In this document: positions 63,513-64,000 of the stretch, in pieces
Position numbering within the stretch: the stretch's first letter is position 1
Layout of the letters: every line of letters begins with the position of its first letter
Assembly: GCF_036321535.1 (NCBI RefSeq)
Contig: NC_087437.1
Location: 44,580,001-44,644,000, forward strand
Origin: Camelus dromedarius
Taxonomy: Eukaryota
DNA length: 64,000 nt
Reading direction: 5' to 3'
Made by a program: the position numbers and the translations under genes
The notes under the pieces: generated by a model
Databases searched by the model: none
What the model saw: only the letters and a program-made list of their open reading frames with translations
What the model was told of the DNA's origin: nothing

Positions 63513-64000
63513 TACTATGACATGAAAATGGTTAGGAAGCAGTGAATTGCACTGTGGTCAAAATGCACTGTCATATATCCCTATAGAAAGAGCTACTAAG
63601 TTAGGAGACCAGCACTGTGCTGATACAACAAAACTGATCCTCAGCTTAAATCTTACTTTTTTTTTTTTCCCCAAAGCCATGACTTTGTGGCTGCTAGAAG
63701 CCTAAGCTAAATGTTACATTTTAATCTTGTGGTTTTCCTGATGATAAATTAAGGAAACACTTCCTAACACATTTTCTCATTTATAATCTGCCTCCTGGAG
63801 CCTGGATACCAGTATTCTTGAGCTCTGCACCCCTGCAGTTTTATCAAATTACATTCTTAGAAAACCTGAGGTAATTACTTTCCCTAATAAAAGTTCTGAA
63901 AAATGCAGCTCTGTGTTTGTAAATATTATTAGCTGCCTGATAGAGTCTTTCCGTGGTATATTCCCTTTTCTGAGTCAGAATTAATATAAAAATGGAATAT

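Noticed and set aside
147..63525. Remaining 60-120 aa ORFs in the track as genes
   Set aside because: Compositionally biased (F/L/I/K/S), many lie inside repeats, no recognisable domains, and the number is unsurprising for AT-rich non-coding DNA.

Overview
AT-rich, CpG-poor mammalian genomic DNA, most likely camelid: it has a Vic-1-like tRNA-Ala SINE and camelid-type L1 3' ends, and I saw no ruminant or pig SINEs. I cannot identify any host protein-coding exon with confidence, and nearly all ORFs in the track are noise or repeat-derived. The main feature is a decayed, LTR-less class I (ERV1/gammaretrovirus-like) gag-pro-pol fragment on the minus strand (~12197-17342). Its protease region is split by a younger ERV2-like solo LTR (15498-16119) with a 6-bp target-site duplication (TSD). 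There are seven more solo LTRs, plus L1/L2/MIR fragments, hAT MITEs and microsatellites. Every LTR element lies on the minus strand, which suggests a large intron of a plus-strand gene. A few candidate microexons and regulatory motifs are flagged. Repeat family names come from my recall of consensus sequences, not from a database search. I found no convincing evidence of a new biological system.
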